A stretch of 64,000 nt of DNA from Mobula birostris (Eukaryota), in assembly GCF_030028105.1 (NCBI RefSeq), contig NC_092379.1, positions 19,879,309 through 19,943,308 of the forward strand, in the 5' to 3' direction. The position numbers and the translations under genes are program-made. The notes under the pieces were generated by a model. The model saw only the letters and a program-made list of their open reading frames with translations. It did no database searches and had not been told where the DNA came from. This document shows positions 13,422 through 24,600 of this stretch, one piece after another; the first letter of the stretch is position 1; each line of letters starts with the position of its first letter.

Positions 13422-13635
13422 TGCCAATCAACTTTCCAGCTCTTAGCTCCATCCCTCCCCCTCCTGTCTTCTCCTATCATTTCGGATCTCCCCCCACCCC
13501 ACGTTCAAATCTCTCACTATCTCTTCCTTCAGTTAGTTCTGATGAAGGGTCTTGGCCCGAAATGTCGACTGTACCTCTTCCTTGAGATGCTGTCTGGCCT
13601 GATGCATTCTGCCAGCATTTTGTGTGTGTTGCTGC
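13422..13635 (+). mobile_element. Penelope-like element terminus (pLTR)
   Basis: End of GIY-YIG-type frame, pyrimidine-rich 3' region, hammerhead core and GATGCTG.CTGGCCTG motif. Confidence 0.7.
13534..13570 (+). ncRNA. Minimal type I hammerhead ribozyme motif (one CpG-decay change)
   Basis: AGTT-CTGATGA-A-GGGT(CTTG)GCCC-GAAA-TGTC/GACT: intact core, stem II hairpin, stem I pairing AGTT:GACT. Confidence 0.7.
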
Positions 13636-13639
13636 AATT

Positions 13640-14232
13640 ATTGGACATTTTCTTTGGATATTATGATCATAATCTACATTTTTGTGTTTGTTTAAATGTG
13701 ATTACTCTGAATTCTCAGATGTGATTCTGCCAGTGTACTTATAGAATCAAAAGTGGGAACTGTTTGAACCCACCATTTTTTAAATAATACTTTTTATAAG
13801 ATTTGAACTTTTTAACAAAGTCACATATTTTTCACAGCATGTGATGTTTCATCCCCACTCACTGGTAGAAAGCAGTATAGTAGCTATACTCATGATTCAT
13901 CACCTTTCTCATTTTTCTTTGGCTAAGTATCAACACATTACCTACGTGATGTAGTCATTTTAATCATGTAATCTATTACCAAGCTTATTTTCTATCTGAG
14001 GAATTTCTTAATCTTGTTCATAAAAGTGAATGATTTGTGCAGAAACGCCATATGGGCTGCTTTATTCTTCTGTCTTTCCACCACGGCATCGTTTTTCAAC
14101 TTTTTCATTAGTTTGCTTTGTATTTGTATGCTTGTATTCCAAAATAAACTGAAATCTTGGAATTAAGATGGCTCACCAGTTTTGGCTCCCAGAAGAACAC
14201 AATGGATTAGAAAAATAAACAGAGATCCAACA
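13640..14232 (+). repeat. Probable 3' LTR of ERV-A
   Basis: Inside the GTCCC TSD, two AATAAA near 14142 and 14213, ends in CA; 5' boundary uncertain. Confidence 0.5.
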
Positions 14233-16735
14233 GTCCCTACCACAGACTGTTCAGTAATAAATGAGTGTCTGACAAACATATGGCTGGAAAATAGATCTTG
14301 CACACTCCTGGCACAGCAGTCAATACTCTGATATATTTTGGTGGGGCCAGAGAGGATTTCTTCTGAAACTTGAGAAAACCTTGGCCTGAATTCAATTAGG
14401 AAACAAATTGTGAGAAATAGCAAGGACAAAAACCTTTAGAAATGTGCAATGGATGTATGAGGAGAAGTAAAATCAACTTGAGTAGAATCATGTGGGACAA
14501 GAACCCTGTGTCTGTTGTGATGTAGAGTATTCATTTGAAAAGTTGTCCCTTCCTTTCTTTCCACAATTGTTGCCTGACCTATTGAGTTCTTCTGGCAGTT
14601 TGAGTTTTCCTACAGATTCTAGCATCTGCAGTCTTCAAGAGAATACTTTTCCTGATGAAGTGCAAAGAACATGGACTCATCACTTACAAACTGCAATGGA
14701 AGAGACAAGAGACTTCATGACAACATATTTGATCCAAGTGCTAGCACCTGATAGATATCATATTCTTTGGGCAAAGGAATATTAATAGTGTTGGAATCAT
14801 CAGAGGTGATAGCAGCTGGACAGACTGCTTAATCATAGAGTATCACTGATAGAAGAGTGTGGAAGAAATTCAATTTGCCTATGAAGTCTATGGTGTTGTA
14901 TTCAAGAGCAAACCAACATGTCTCCCTGCCTTGTCTCTCCCTTTATTCTGCAGTTTGTCTTCCTTTCAATTTTCCACTCCCCTTTTGAATGCCCCAATTG
15001 GATCAGTTTCCTCTACCAGGCACACCAGAGATTTCTAGACACAAGCATCTCACTGCACAAATCATTCCTTCCTGATGTGACTCAGATCCTTTTGTCAACC
15101 CCACTCATTCTACACCCTCTGCATTCACCAATATCCGGGAAGCTGGAGGACCACCAGAATTCTCACATTGTGATTCCATTGGGCCACAGGAAAAAACCTA
15201 TAAAGTCTAAAGTGTGTGAACGTTCCTCTTTAAATCTCTTTCCCCAAACAATCTGTTGCCTCCTCTCTCTTAATCAATTGGGCCACCAGAAAAACTTCAG
15301 TAGAACTCACATCACGCTCATCCCCCCTTACACTGGCAACACAGCAGTGGAAATTGCAAGCAATTTCAAACTCTTGGGAGTGCTAATCACACACAACTTC
15401 TCATGGTCCACAAAACTCTTCCTACATGGTAGAGATCGCTCACCAATGCTAATTTCTGAGGAGGCTGAAGAGAGTTGGACGTTGCAAATCCAGACCCACA
15501 TCATTGTAGAGATGCACAGTGTAGAGCATCCTAACAAGCTGCGTCACTACTCAGTGATGCAAAGCAAATTTCACATCATCTGCCAGTGACATTAAACCTG
15601 ATTCTGGTTCTGATTCTTCTGATACAGAAACTGAACTGTGGGGGACAGGAAGACCCTACAACAGGTAGTTAACACTGCTCAATACATTAGCCTACCTGCC
15701 ATCAAGGACATAGATACAGAAAGATTCTGGAAAAGGACCAGTAATATCATGAAGTGTCCCACCTACCCAGCATGCTCATGAACTGCTTGTCCCACTTACA
15801 CCAGGGAGGAGGCTACACAGCATCCATGCCAGAATGACCAAACTCAAATAGATACTTTCCCCAAGCAGTAAGGTTGATCAACACCCCCACCCACTAACTC
15901 CACCACTACTTTATTATTTCCTCTCAGTCACCTTATGTACAACCTCATATCACTTTATGGAATATAATTAATCTACCTATGAATATAAGCTGTTTTGTGA
16001 ATTTATATTTATGGTGTTTTTATTTATTCTTGTGTTCTTTATCTTATTGTGGTTACTTTGTGCTGCATCAGATCCAGAGAAACAATTATTACATTCTCGT
16101 TTACACTTGTGTTCAGGAAATCACATTAAACAATCTCGAATCTTGAATCTTGGAACCCTTCAGTCACCTTATGTACAGCCTCACATCACTTTATGGACAT
16201 ACAATCAATCTACCTGTGAATATAAGGTCTTCAATGTTTTATATTTATTGTTTTCTTTTATTATTATTGTGTTCTTTATGCTATTGCATTTTTGTGTTGT
16301 TGCCCAGAGTAACAATTATTTTGTCCTTGTTTACACCTGTGTACAGGAAATCACATTAAACAATCTTGAATCTTGAGTCTTAGAGCTTTGGTGATTAGAA
16401 ATACCTTCACAGATGTTCTCTCCACTTCCTCTTTTCCAAACAAAATAATTCTGGCTGCTCCATTGTCTAACTGATATCCAGTATTCCTGGAATCATCCTA
16501 AGGTTCTCTCAGAGTGACACATCACTCCTCTGATATTGTGTCCTGAATTATGGATAATATATACATTAGGATAATATAAACAGATAGAAAACTGATTCCC
16601 CTTTTGTCAGAATCAGTTTTATATGTGTAGACATCATCATCATTGTTTTCTTCCCTCTTACATCCTGATTATTTGGGCTGTAAAGGGATTACTAACAAAT
16701 GACATAATGTAATCAGCGGGTTACCTATACACTTA
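14233..16735 (-). repeat. Segmental-duplication unit U, copy 1 (inverted relative to 41480-42960)
   Basis: Collinear similarity to 28940-31850 (same orientation) and to the reverse complement of 41480-42450 and 48400-48640. Confidence 0.75.
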
Positions 16736-16740
16736 CTAGC

Positions 16741-16850
16741 TCTTCCTTCAGTTAGTCCTGACGAAGGTTCCCGGACTGAAACATCGACTGTACCTCTTCC
16801 TAGAGATGCTGCCTGACCTGCTGCGTTCACCAGCAACTTTGATGTGTGTT
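16741..16850 (+). mobile_element. Penelope terminus with degenerate hammerhead (16754-16789)
   Basis: AGTC-CTGACGA-AGGTTCCCGGACT-GAAA-CATC/GACT. Confidence 0.65.
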
Positions 16851-18590
16851 GGAGGATTTATCACCTCGTTGGGGAAAATGATTAAACCCGCCTCCTTCGT
16901 ACTGAACCTTTCAGAAGCTATAGAGTTGCCACAGACTTTAGAAATAATTAAGAGCGAGGCACACACCTCAGCCGAGAATGAGGTCTCCAAGGGAAATCGG
17001 TTTGCAGGCATGTTAGCAAAACAGGTGGCCCTTCAGCGACAACCTGTGCTACAGACCCCTCAGGCTGAAACGGGAGGGAAGAAGCTCTGTGTGTATGGAC
17101 GTCCAGCAGTTGCAGGAAGCCCAAGATCTTGCCTCACAGCAAGAGAAATGTGCCTGGAGCAAATCTGCATATTACCAGAATACCGGGCTATGGCATCACC
17201 CAGATGGCTGAGTAGTGTACCCGCATAGTTTATTTTTGCCCGTGGCTCACCTGGCACATGGCCAGGCTCACATGGGCAAAGGCGGGATGCGGCATGCCAT
17301 CACTCAACAATGGTACTCCCCAGGGATAACAGTAACTATCGAGAAGGTAGCACGAACTTTTTTATTGCCAGCAAAACAATAGAGGAAAGGCACCCGCTAG
17401 ATTTGAACACCTGCCCCAACTGGAAATTATACCTAGGTTTGGAATACCCCTAGGGATAAATAGCGACAGGGGAACCCATTTTACAAATAAAGTAGTGCAG
17501 GGACTGAAGGAAGCCTTGGGGTTCCAGTAGAAATTGCATATCCCCTACCAGCCTCAGTCCTTAGGTATGGTGGAAAGAGCAAACTGGGAAATAAAAGTGG
17601 TTTTGACAAAAGTTTGTCAGCAAGACTGTGTCGGATGGCCAGAGGCAATGCCCCTAGTAACGTACACTCTGCGAAAATCAGAAGAATGGAAATACAGGAC
17701 TTACCCCTCATGAAATTTTGGTGGGGCGGTCTATGACAACAGGAACTAAGCCCCCATGACCCCAGAGAAAGGTAGTGCTAGTGATGAGAAGGCACTGAAA
17801 TACCGGGACAATTCTGATTAGATGGAGAGGGGTGTGAAAGCACAGACGAACATATGGAGAAATTTCTGAAACGCGGGTTTGCTGCTGTTTTTACTGCACT
17901 TTCGAGAATCTTCCAGAGGGAAGGCCTCAAAATCCCTGGCTTTGCCTGCTGTTGCCAACCGAGATTGAGGTCGAATCTTTCGAATAGAGATGGTGCTCGG
18001 TACCCGGTGTCAGAGAGCTGATTGGAGGCTTGAGGTTTTCGGACAACTCAGAGTCGGACTGTGGTCGGGCATGGCAGGGAGGGTTTTACTTCCTTCTTCC
18101 GTCTGTGTAAGATGTGGGACATTTGAGAGACTTTGAATTTTTTTACTGTGCTCATGGACTGTTCTTCATCAAGTTATGTTACTGTTGCACTATTGTAACT
18201 ATATGTTATAATCATGTGGTTTTGTTAGTTTTTTCAGTCTTGGTCTGTCCTGTGTTTTGTGATATCTCACCGGAGGAAATATTGTATCATTTCTTAATGC
18301 ATGCATTACTAAATTACAATAAAAGAGGACGATTGGTCTTCATAATCTAAATACGCGCAAGCATTGTGTCAGGAGGCAGGGAAATTATCTGAAAGGGTCT
18401 GGCAAGCCCAAGCACCTTTAACTGAAGCTAACATGCATCCGTTACGCCGGCAGATAGAATATATGTGAGATCAATGAATAAAGATTCTTTCTCTCCCAGG
18501 TGGAAAGGCCCCTACCCAGTGCTTATAACAACCTGAACCACGGTAAAGGTTGAAGGAAAATGAGAATGGATTCACACTACTAGGTGCAAA
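16850..18590 (+). pseudogene. pol: ERV-B pol remnant (RNase H C-terminus, integrase)
   Basis: GFITSLGKMIK...AHT...KGNRFA; H...HMGKGG; RFGIPLGINSDRGTHFT; PQSLGMVERAN; PRWKGPYPVLITT. Confidence 0.85.
17830..18350 (+). mobile_element. Non-autonomous retroelement inserted in ERV-B integrase
   Basis: Interrupts integrase coding similarity; AT-rich LINE-like 3' end with AATAAA; family not identified. Confidence 0.45.
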
Positions 18591-18619
18591 CTGCACCAGG
18601 AGTTGGAAGACAAGAAAGT

Positions 18620-21143
18620 ATGAAGCTGACAAGCCAGATGCTTTTACGGGGACTGATACTGCGGGGAGTTAGTATGGCCTTATCGAAAAATACCTTTTTG
18701 TCTTTATGTCCCACTTATGCCAGTCAACAAAGTGAAGAGTTGGACTCTTGTTGGGTGTGTGGAAAGATAGCTCAGCATGTCGCCCAGGGAATGTCCCTGG
18801 AAGAGGTCCTCCGAACGGAAGCAAAATGCTTTCTATGTGACTTATGAACGAATTTAACCATCCTATTCCAACTTTAAAACAAGAGATTGGCAGAAGATGA
18901 TAAACATAGAACATAGAATAGTACAACACAGTACAGGCCCTTCGGCCCACATTGTTGTGCCAACCCTCAAACCCTGCTTCCCATATAACCCCCCCACCTT
19001 AAATTCCTCCATATACTTGTCTAATAGTCTCTTAAATTTCACTAGTTATCTGCCTCCACCACTGACTCAGGCAGTGTATTCCATGCACCAACTATCCTCT
19101 GAGTAAAAAACCTTCCTCTAATATCCCCCTTGAACTTCCCACCCCTTAACTTAAAGCTATGTCCCCTTGTATTGAGCAGTGGTGCCCTGGGGAAGAGGCG
19201 CTGGCTATCCACTCTATCTATTCCTTTTAATATCTTGTATACATCTATCATGTCTCCTCTCATCCTCCTTCTCTCCAAAGAGTAAACTCAAGCTCCCTTA
19301 ATCTTTGATCATAATCCATACTCTCTAAACCAGGCAGCATCTTGGTAAATGTCCTCTGTACCCTTTCCAATGGTTCTGCATCCTTCCTATAGTGAGGCGA
19401 CCAGAACTGGACACAGCACTCCAAGTGTGGCCTAACCAGAGTTTTATAGAGCAGCAACATTACCTCGCGGCTCTTAAACTCTATCCCTCGACTTATGAAA
19501 GCTAACACCCCATAAGCTTTCTTAACTGCCCTATCCACCTCTGAGGCAACTTTCAGGGATCTGTGGACATGTACCCCAAGATCCCTCTGCTCCTCCACAC
19601 TACCAAGTATCCTGCTATTTACTTTGTACTCTGCCTTGGAGTTTGTCCTTCCAAAGTGTACCACCTCACACTTCTCCGGGTTGAACTCCATCTGCCACTT
19701 CTCAGCCCACTTCTGCATCCTATCAATGTCTCTCTGCAATCTTCAACAATCCTCTACACTATCCACAACACCACCAACCTTTGTGTCATCTGCAAACTTG
19801 CTAACCCACTCTTCTACCCCGATATCCAGGTCGTTAATAAAAATCACAAAAAGTAGAGGTCCCAGAACAGATCCTTGTGGAACACCTCTAGTCGCAATCC
19901 TCCAATCCGAATATACTCCCTCCACCAGGACCCTCTGCCTTCTGGAGGCAAGCCAATTCTAAATCCACTTGGCTAAACTTCCCTGAATCCTATGCCTTCT
20001 GACTTTCTGAATAAGTCTTCCCTGTGGAAATTTGTCAAATGCCTTACTAAAATCCAATGGATCACATCCACTGCACTATGCTCATCTATATGCCTGATCA
20101 CCTCCTCAAAGAACTGTGATGTCAGGGAAGGGGATTGTGGATGTACCTGCTTCAAAGGATGGTACCTCAATACCCCGACGGAGGAAAAAAAGATGCCCTC
20201 CTTTGAGTTAGTATTGTAATATGGTGGGGGGGGGGGGATGGGACATTTCTGGGTCATAGCTCTTGTACTGAACAGAGGCGGTACGTGGGGAAAGAGCTTA
20301 TCTTTGGTTTCCAGGGCTGCCAGGCATAACTGGGAATGTGTCCCCAGGAAATTGGACGACCTGCTGTTATTTGGCCCATATAGTGCCCTCCATGCATCTT
20401 ATAAAAGATATATCGCAACACCCTTATTTAAGGCGAAGTAAGCGAGGGATAACGGAAAGTGAAAGGTTTTGGATGGTAGCATTTCCCTCATATGGTGTGG
20501 CACGAAATTCGCGAGAAATTATTAATATGGCAGCCGCTCTAGAGAAATTGGCCAATGACACTGCCGATGCCCTAACTGATGTGCAGACGCAAATGAAAGA
20601 CCTAACAACAGAAGTAATTGCCCTTAGGGTGGTAGCCTTGCAAAATAGAATGGCCCTGGACCTACTCTTAGTCAAAAAAGGAGGGACATGTGCCTTGGTA
20701 GGGTAGGGATGTTGTACTTGTATTCCCGATGATTTAGAAAACATAACTGACTTTAGTCAACACATAAGGGGAAAAATTGAGGAGATTAGAAAGATAAGGA
20801 AACAGTTTAAGAAATTTGGTTTAGGAACGAAATGGTGGGAAATAATAGAGGAATGGTTTTCTGGCTGGAGAAACTGGATTACCCATGGGATAATTATATT
20901 GGAAATGGTATGTGTTTTAGGGTGCTGTGTATGTGGAGCATTATGATCGTGTTGTTACCAGTTAATGAAAAGAGCCTTACTCGGACCTGAAAATGTCCCT
21001 ATGATACCCCAGATGGTGAGAGAAATGCGCAGGAGGCGAAACTGGTGGGGAGAGGAAGTACATCCTGGCAAAGAAAGAACATTTCCAGAGGGATATGAAT
21101 CCCCCTATGAGGAAGAGGAGGAAATACCTCATGAGGAGTGTTG
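18620..21143 (+). pseudogene. env: ERV-B env (gamma-type), split by CR1 at 18898-20075
   Basis: NTFLSL...SCWVCG (CXXC); furin site RRSKR; ISD LQNRMALDLLL; C-ALVG*G-CC (CX6CC with stop 20704-20706); Trp-rich then hydrophobic TM segment; acidic tail. Confidence 0.9.
18898..20075 (-). mobile_element. 5'-truncated CR1 inserted in env
   Basis: [35 protein letters not shown]; (CATAGAA)n tail at left end. Confidence 0.9.
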
Positions 21144-21170
21144 ATCTGAAAGGATCAACAAGGAGGGAAT

Positions 21171-21604
21171 TGTGGAAGAATTTAAGACTCTCTGGATATG
21201 TAGGGGTTAACCTAATAGCTTGTGAATGCTCTTAAAATTCAGCTAAAGTCCTTGCTCTAAGAATTTAGCTGAAAGTCCTTGATAAAGTCTAAAGAAAAAT
21301 GTTATGGCGCTGCACTTATGTAATGCTGCTGCTTGTTGAAATTTAGGCCAAGTTCAAAGTCACGTTGTTTGTTACATTCTAGACCTAAGTTCACAGCCAA
21401 GCAATGTTATTGTTAAGTGCTTTCAGTTACATACGCTGTGTCTATATAATGGAGCATGTCTGGAAGCTAACCAGAGCCTCCGAGCACCGCTTTTAGGAAA
21501 AGTGGCTGTCCGTGATATCACATATAAATAAAGTCCTTTAGTCTGAAACAGTTCTCTGAGTCGGCCTGATTTGTTCTGTCTGCTGCTCCTGAGATTTTTC
21601 CACA
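21171..21604 (+). repeat. ERV-B 3' LTR
   Basis: PPT AAGGAGGGAA just upstream; terminal inverted repeat TGTGGAA...TTCCACA; TATATAA 21443-21449; AATAAA 21527-21532. Confidence 0.85.
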
Positions 21605-24600
21605 ACACCTCTGACAGCCTTCCACACTATCCACAACACCCCCAAACATTTTGTCATCAGCAAATTTACTAACCCATCCCTCTACTTCCTCATCTAGGTC
21701 ATTTATAAAAATCACGAATAGTAGTCGTCCCAGAGCAGATCCCTGAGGCACACCACTAGTCACCGGCCTCCATGCAGAATATGACCCATCTACAACCACT
21801 CTTTGCCTTCTGTGGGCAAGCCAGTTCTGGATCCACAAAGCAACGTCCCCTTGGTTCCCATGCCTCCTTACTTTCTCAATAAGCCTTGCATGGGGTACCT
21901 TATCAAATGCCTTTCTAAAATCCATATACACTACATCTACGGCTCTACCTTCATCAACGTGTTTAGTCACATCCTCAAAAAATTCAATCAGCTCGTAAGG
22001 CACAGCCTGCCCTTGACAAAGCCACGCTGACTATTCCTAATCATATTATACCTCTGCAATTGTTCATAAATCCTGCCTCTCAGGATCTTCTCCATCAACT
22101 TACCAACCTCTGAAGTAAGACTCACTGGCCTATAATTTCCTGGGCTATCACTATTCCTTTTCTTGAATAAGGGAATAACATCCGCAACCCTCCAATCCTC
22201 CAGAACCTCTCCCATCCTCATTGATGATGCAAAGATCTTTGCCAGGGTCTCAGCAATCTCCTCCCTCGCCTGGGGTACATCCTGTCCGGTCCCAGTGACT
22301 TATCCAACTTGATGTTTTCCAAAAGCTCCAGCACATCCTCTTCCTTAATATTTACATTCTCAAGCTTTTCAGTCCACTGCAAGTCATCCCTACAATCGCC
22401 AAGATCCTTTTCCGTAGTTAATACTGAAGCAAAGTATACATTAAGTACCTCCGCTATTTCCTCTGGTTCCATACACACTTTTCCATTGTCACACTTGATT
22501 GGTCCTATTCTCTCACGTCTTATCCTCTTGCTCTTCACATACTTGTAGAATGCCTTGGGGTTTTCCTTAATCCTGTCCGCCAATGCCTTCTCATGGCCCC
22601 TTCTGGCTTTCCTAATTTCATTCTTAAGCTCCTTCCTGCTAGCCTTATAATCTTCTAGATTCCTGTCATTACCTAGTTTTTTTTTTGAAACTCTCGTAAG
22701 CTCTTCTTTTCTTCTTGACTAGATTTACAACAGCTTTTGTATACCACGGATCTTGTACCCTACCATCCTTTCCATGTCTCATTGGAACGTACCAACTCAG
22801 AACCCCGCGCAAATATCCCCTGAACATTTGCCACCTTTCTTCCGTACGTTTCCCTGAGAATATCTGTTTCAAATTTATGCTTCCAAGTTCCTGCCTGATA
22901 GCCTCATATTTCCCCTTACTCCAATTAAACGCTTTCCTAACTTGTCTATTCCTATCCCTTTCTAATGCTATGGTAAAGGAGATAGAATTGTGATCACTAT
23001 CTCCAAAATGCTCTCCCATTGAGAGACCTGATACTTGACCAGGTTCATTTCTCAATACCAGATCAAGTACAGTCTCTCCTCTTGTAGGCTTATCTACATA
23101 TTGTGTCCAGAAACCATCCTAAACACACCTAACAAATTCTACCCCATCTAAGCCCCTTATTCTAGGGAGATGCCAATCAATATTTGGGAAATTAAAACCT
23201 CCCGCCACAACAACCCTATTATCATTACTCCTTTCCAGAATCTGTCTCCCTATCCATTCCTTGATGTCCCTGTTACTATTGGGTGGTCTATAAAAAACAC
23301 CCAGTAGTGTCATTGACCCCTTCCTCTTCCTAACTTCCACCCACAGAGACTCCGTAGACAACCTCTCCATGACTTCCTCCTTTTCTGCAGCCGTGACACT
23401 TCCTCTGATCAACAGTGCCACGCCCCCACCTCTTTTGTCTCCCTCCCTATCCTTTCTGAAACATCTAAAGCCTGACACTTACAGTAGCCATTCCTGCCCT
23501 GCACCATCCTAGTCTCTGTAATGGCAACAACATCACAGCTCCAAGTGCTGATCCACGCTCTAAGCTCATCTGCATTATTCATGATACTCCTCGCATTAAA
23601 ATAGACACATCTCAGAGCATCAGACTGAGCACGTCCCTTCTCTATCACCCGCCTATCCTCCCTCTCGCATTGTCTCCAAGCTTTCTCTATTTGTGAGCCA
23701 ACCTCCCTTTCCTCCGTCACTTCAGTTCGGTTCCCACCCCTCAGCAATTCTAGTTTAAACTCTCCCCAACAGCCTTAGCAAACCTTTCTGCCAGGATATT
23801 CATCCCCCTTGGATTCAAGTGAAACCTATCCTTTTTGTGCAGTCACAGAAGAAGAGATCCCAATGATCCAGATATCTGAATCCCTCCCCGCTGCTCCAAT
23901 CCCTCAGCCATGCATTTATCTTCCACCTCATTCTATTCCCATACTCACTGTCACGTGGCACAGGCCGTAATCCCGAGAACACTACCTTTGAGGTCCTGCT
24001 TCTCAACTTCTTTCCGAACTCCCTGTAGTCTGTTTTCAGGACCTCCTCCCTTTTCCCACCTATGTCGTTGGTACCAATATTTACCACAACCTCTGGCTGT
24101 TCTCCTTCCCGCTTCAAGATATCTTTGTCAAGGGCAGGTCATGCCTTACGAGCCTGATTGAATTTTTTGAGGATGTGACTAAATATTTTGATGAAGGAAG
24201 AGCAGTAGATGTAGTGTATATAGATTTCAGCAAGGCATTTGATAAGATACCCCATACTTAATGAGAAAGTAAGAAGGCATGGGATCCAAGGGGACATTGC
24301 TTTGTGGATCCAGAACTGGCTTGCCCACAGAAAGCAAAGCGTGGTTGTAGACGGGTCATATTCTGCATGGAGGTCGGTGACCAGTGGTGTGCCTCAGGGA
24401 TGCGTATGGGGACCCCTAGTCTTCGTGATTTTTATAAATGACCTGGGTGAAGTAGTAGAGGGATGGTTTAGTAAGTTTGCTGATGACACAAAGGTTGGAG
24501 GTGTTGTGGATAGTCTGGAGGGCTGTCAGAGGTTACAGCGGGACATTGATAGGATGCAAAACTGGGCTGAGAAGTGGCAGATGGAGTTCAACCCAGATAA

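Larger units (their letters stand above)
6862..14232 (+). mobile_element. ERV-A: class I-like endogenous retrovirus lacking PR and RT, with nested insertions
   Basis: GTCCC at 6857-6861 and 14233-14237 (TSD); flanks rejoin without a gap against the paralogue at ~48.6 kb; gag, RNase H and integrase remnants inside; ends in ...CAACA. Confidence 0.7.
16850..21604 (+). mobile_element. ERV-B: 3' half of a class I (gamma/epsilon-like) endogenous retrovirus
   Basis: RNase H end, integrase, env, polypurine tract and complete 3' LTR in correct order; two later insertions. Confidence 0.9.

Noticed and set aside
13995-14135. Short minus-strand frame ...KKLKNDAVVERQKNKAAHMAFLHKSFTFMNKIKKFLR
   Set aside because: No recognisable homology, and it lies inside the probable ERV-A LTR.
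14426-14434. RSS nonamer ACAAAAACC and scattered CACAGTG heptamers (e.g. ~26.1, 35.5, 45.2, 50.1 kb)
   Set aside because: No heptamer-nonamer pair at 12 or 23 spacing was found.
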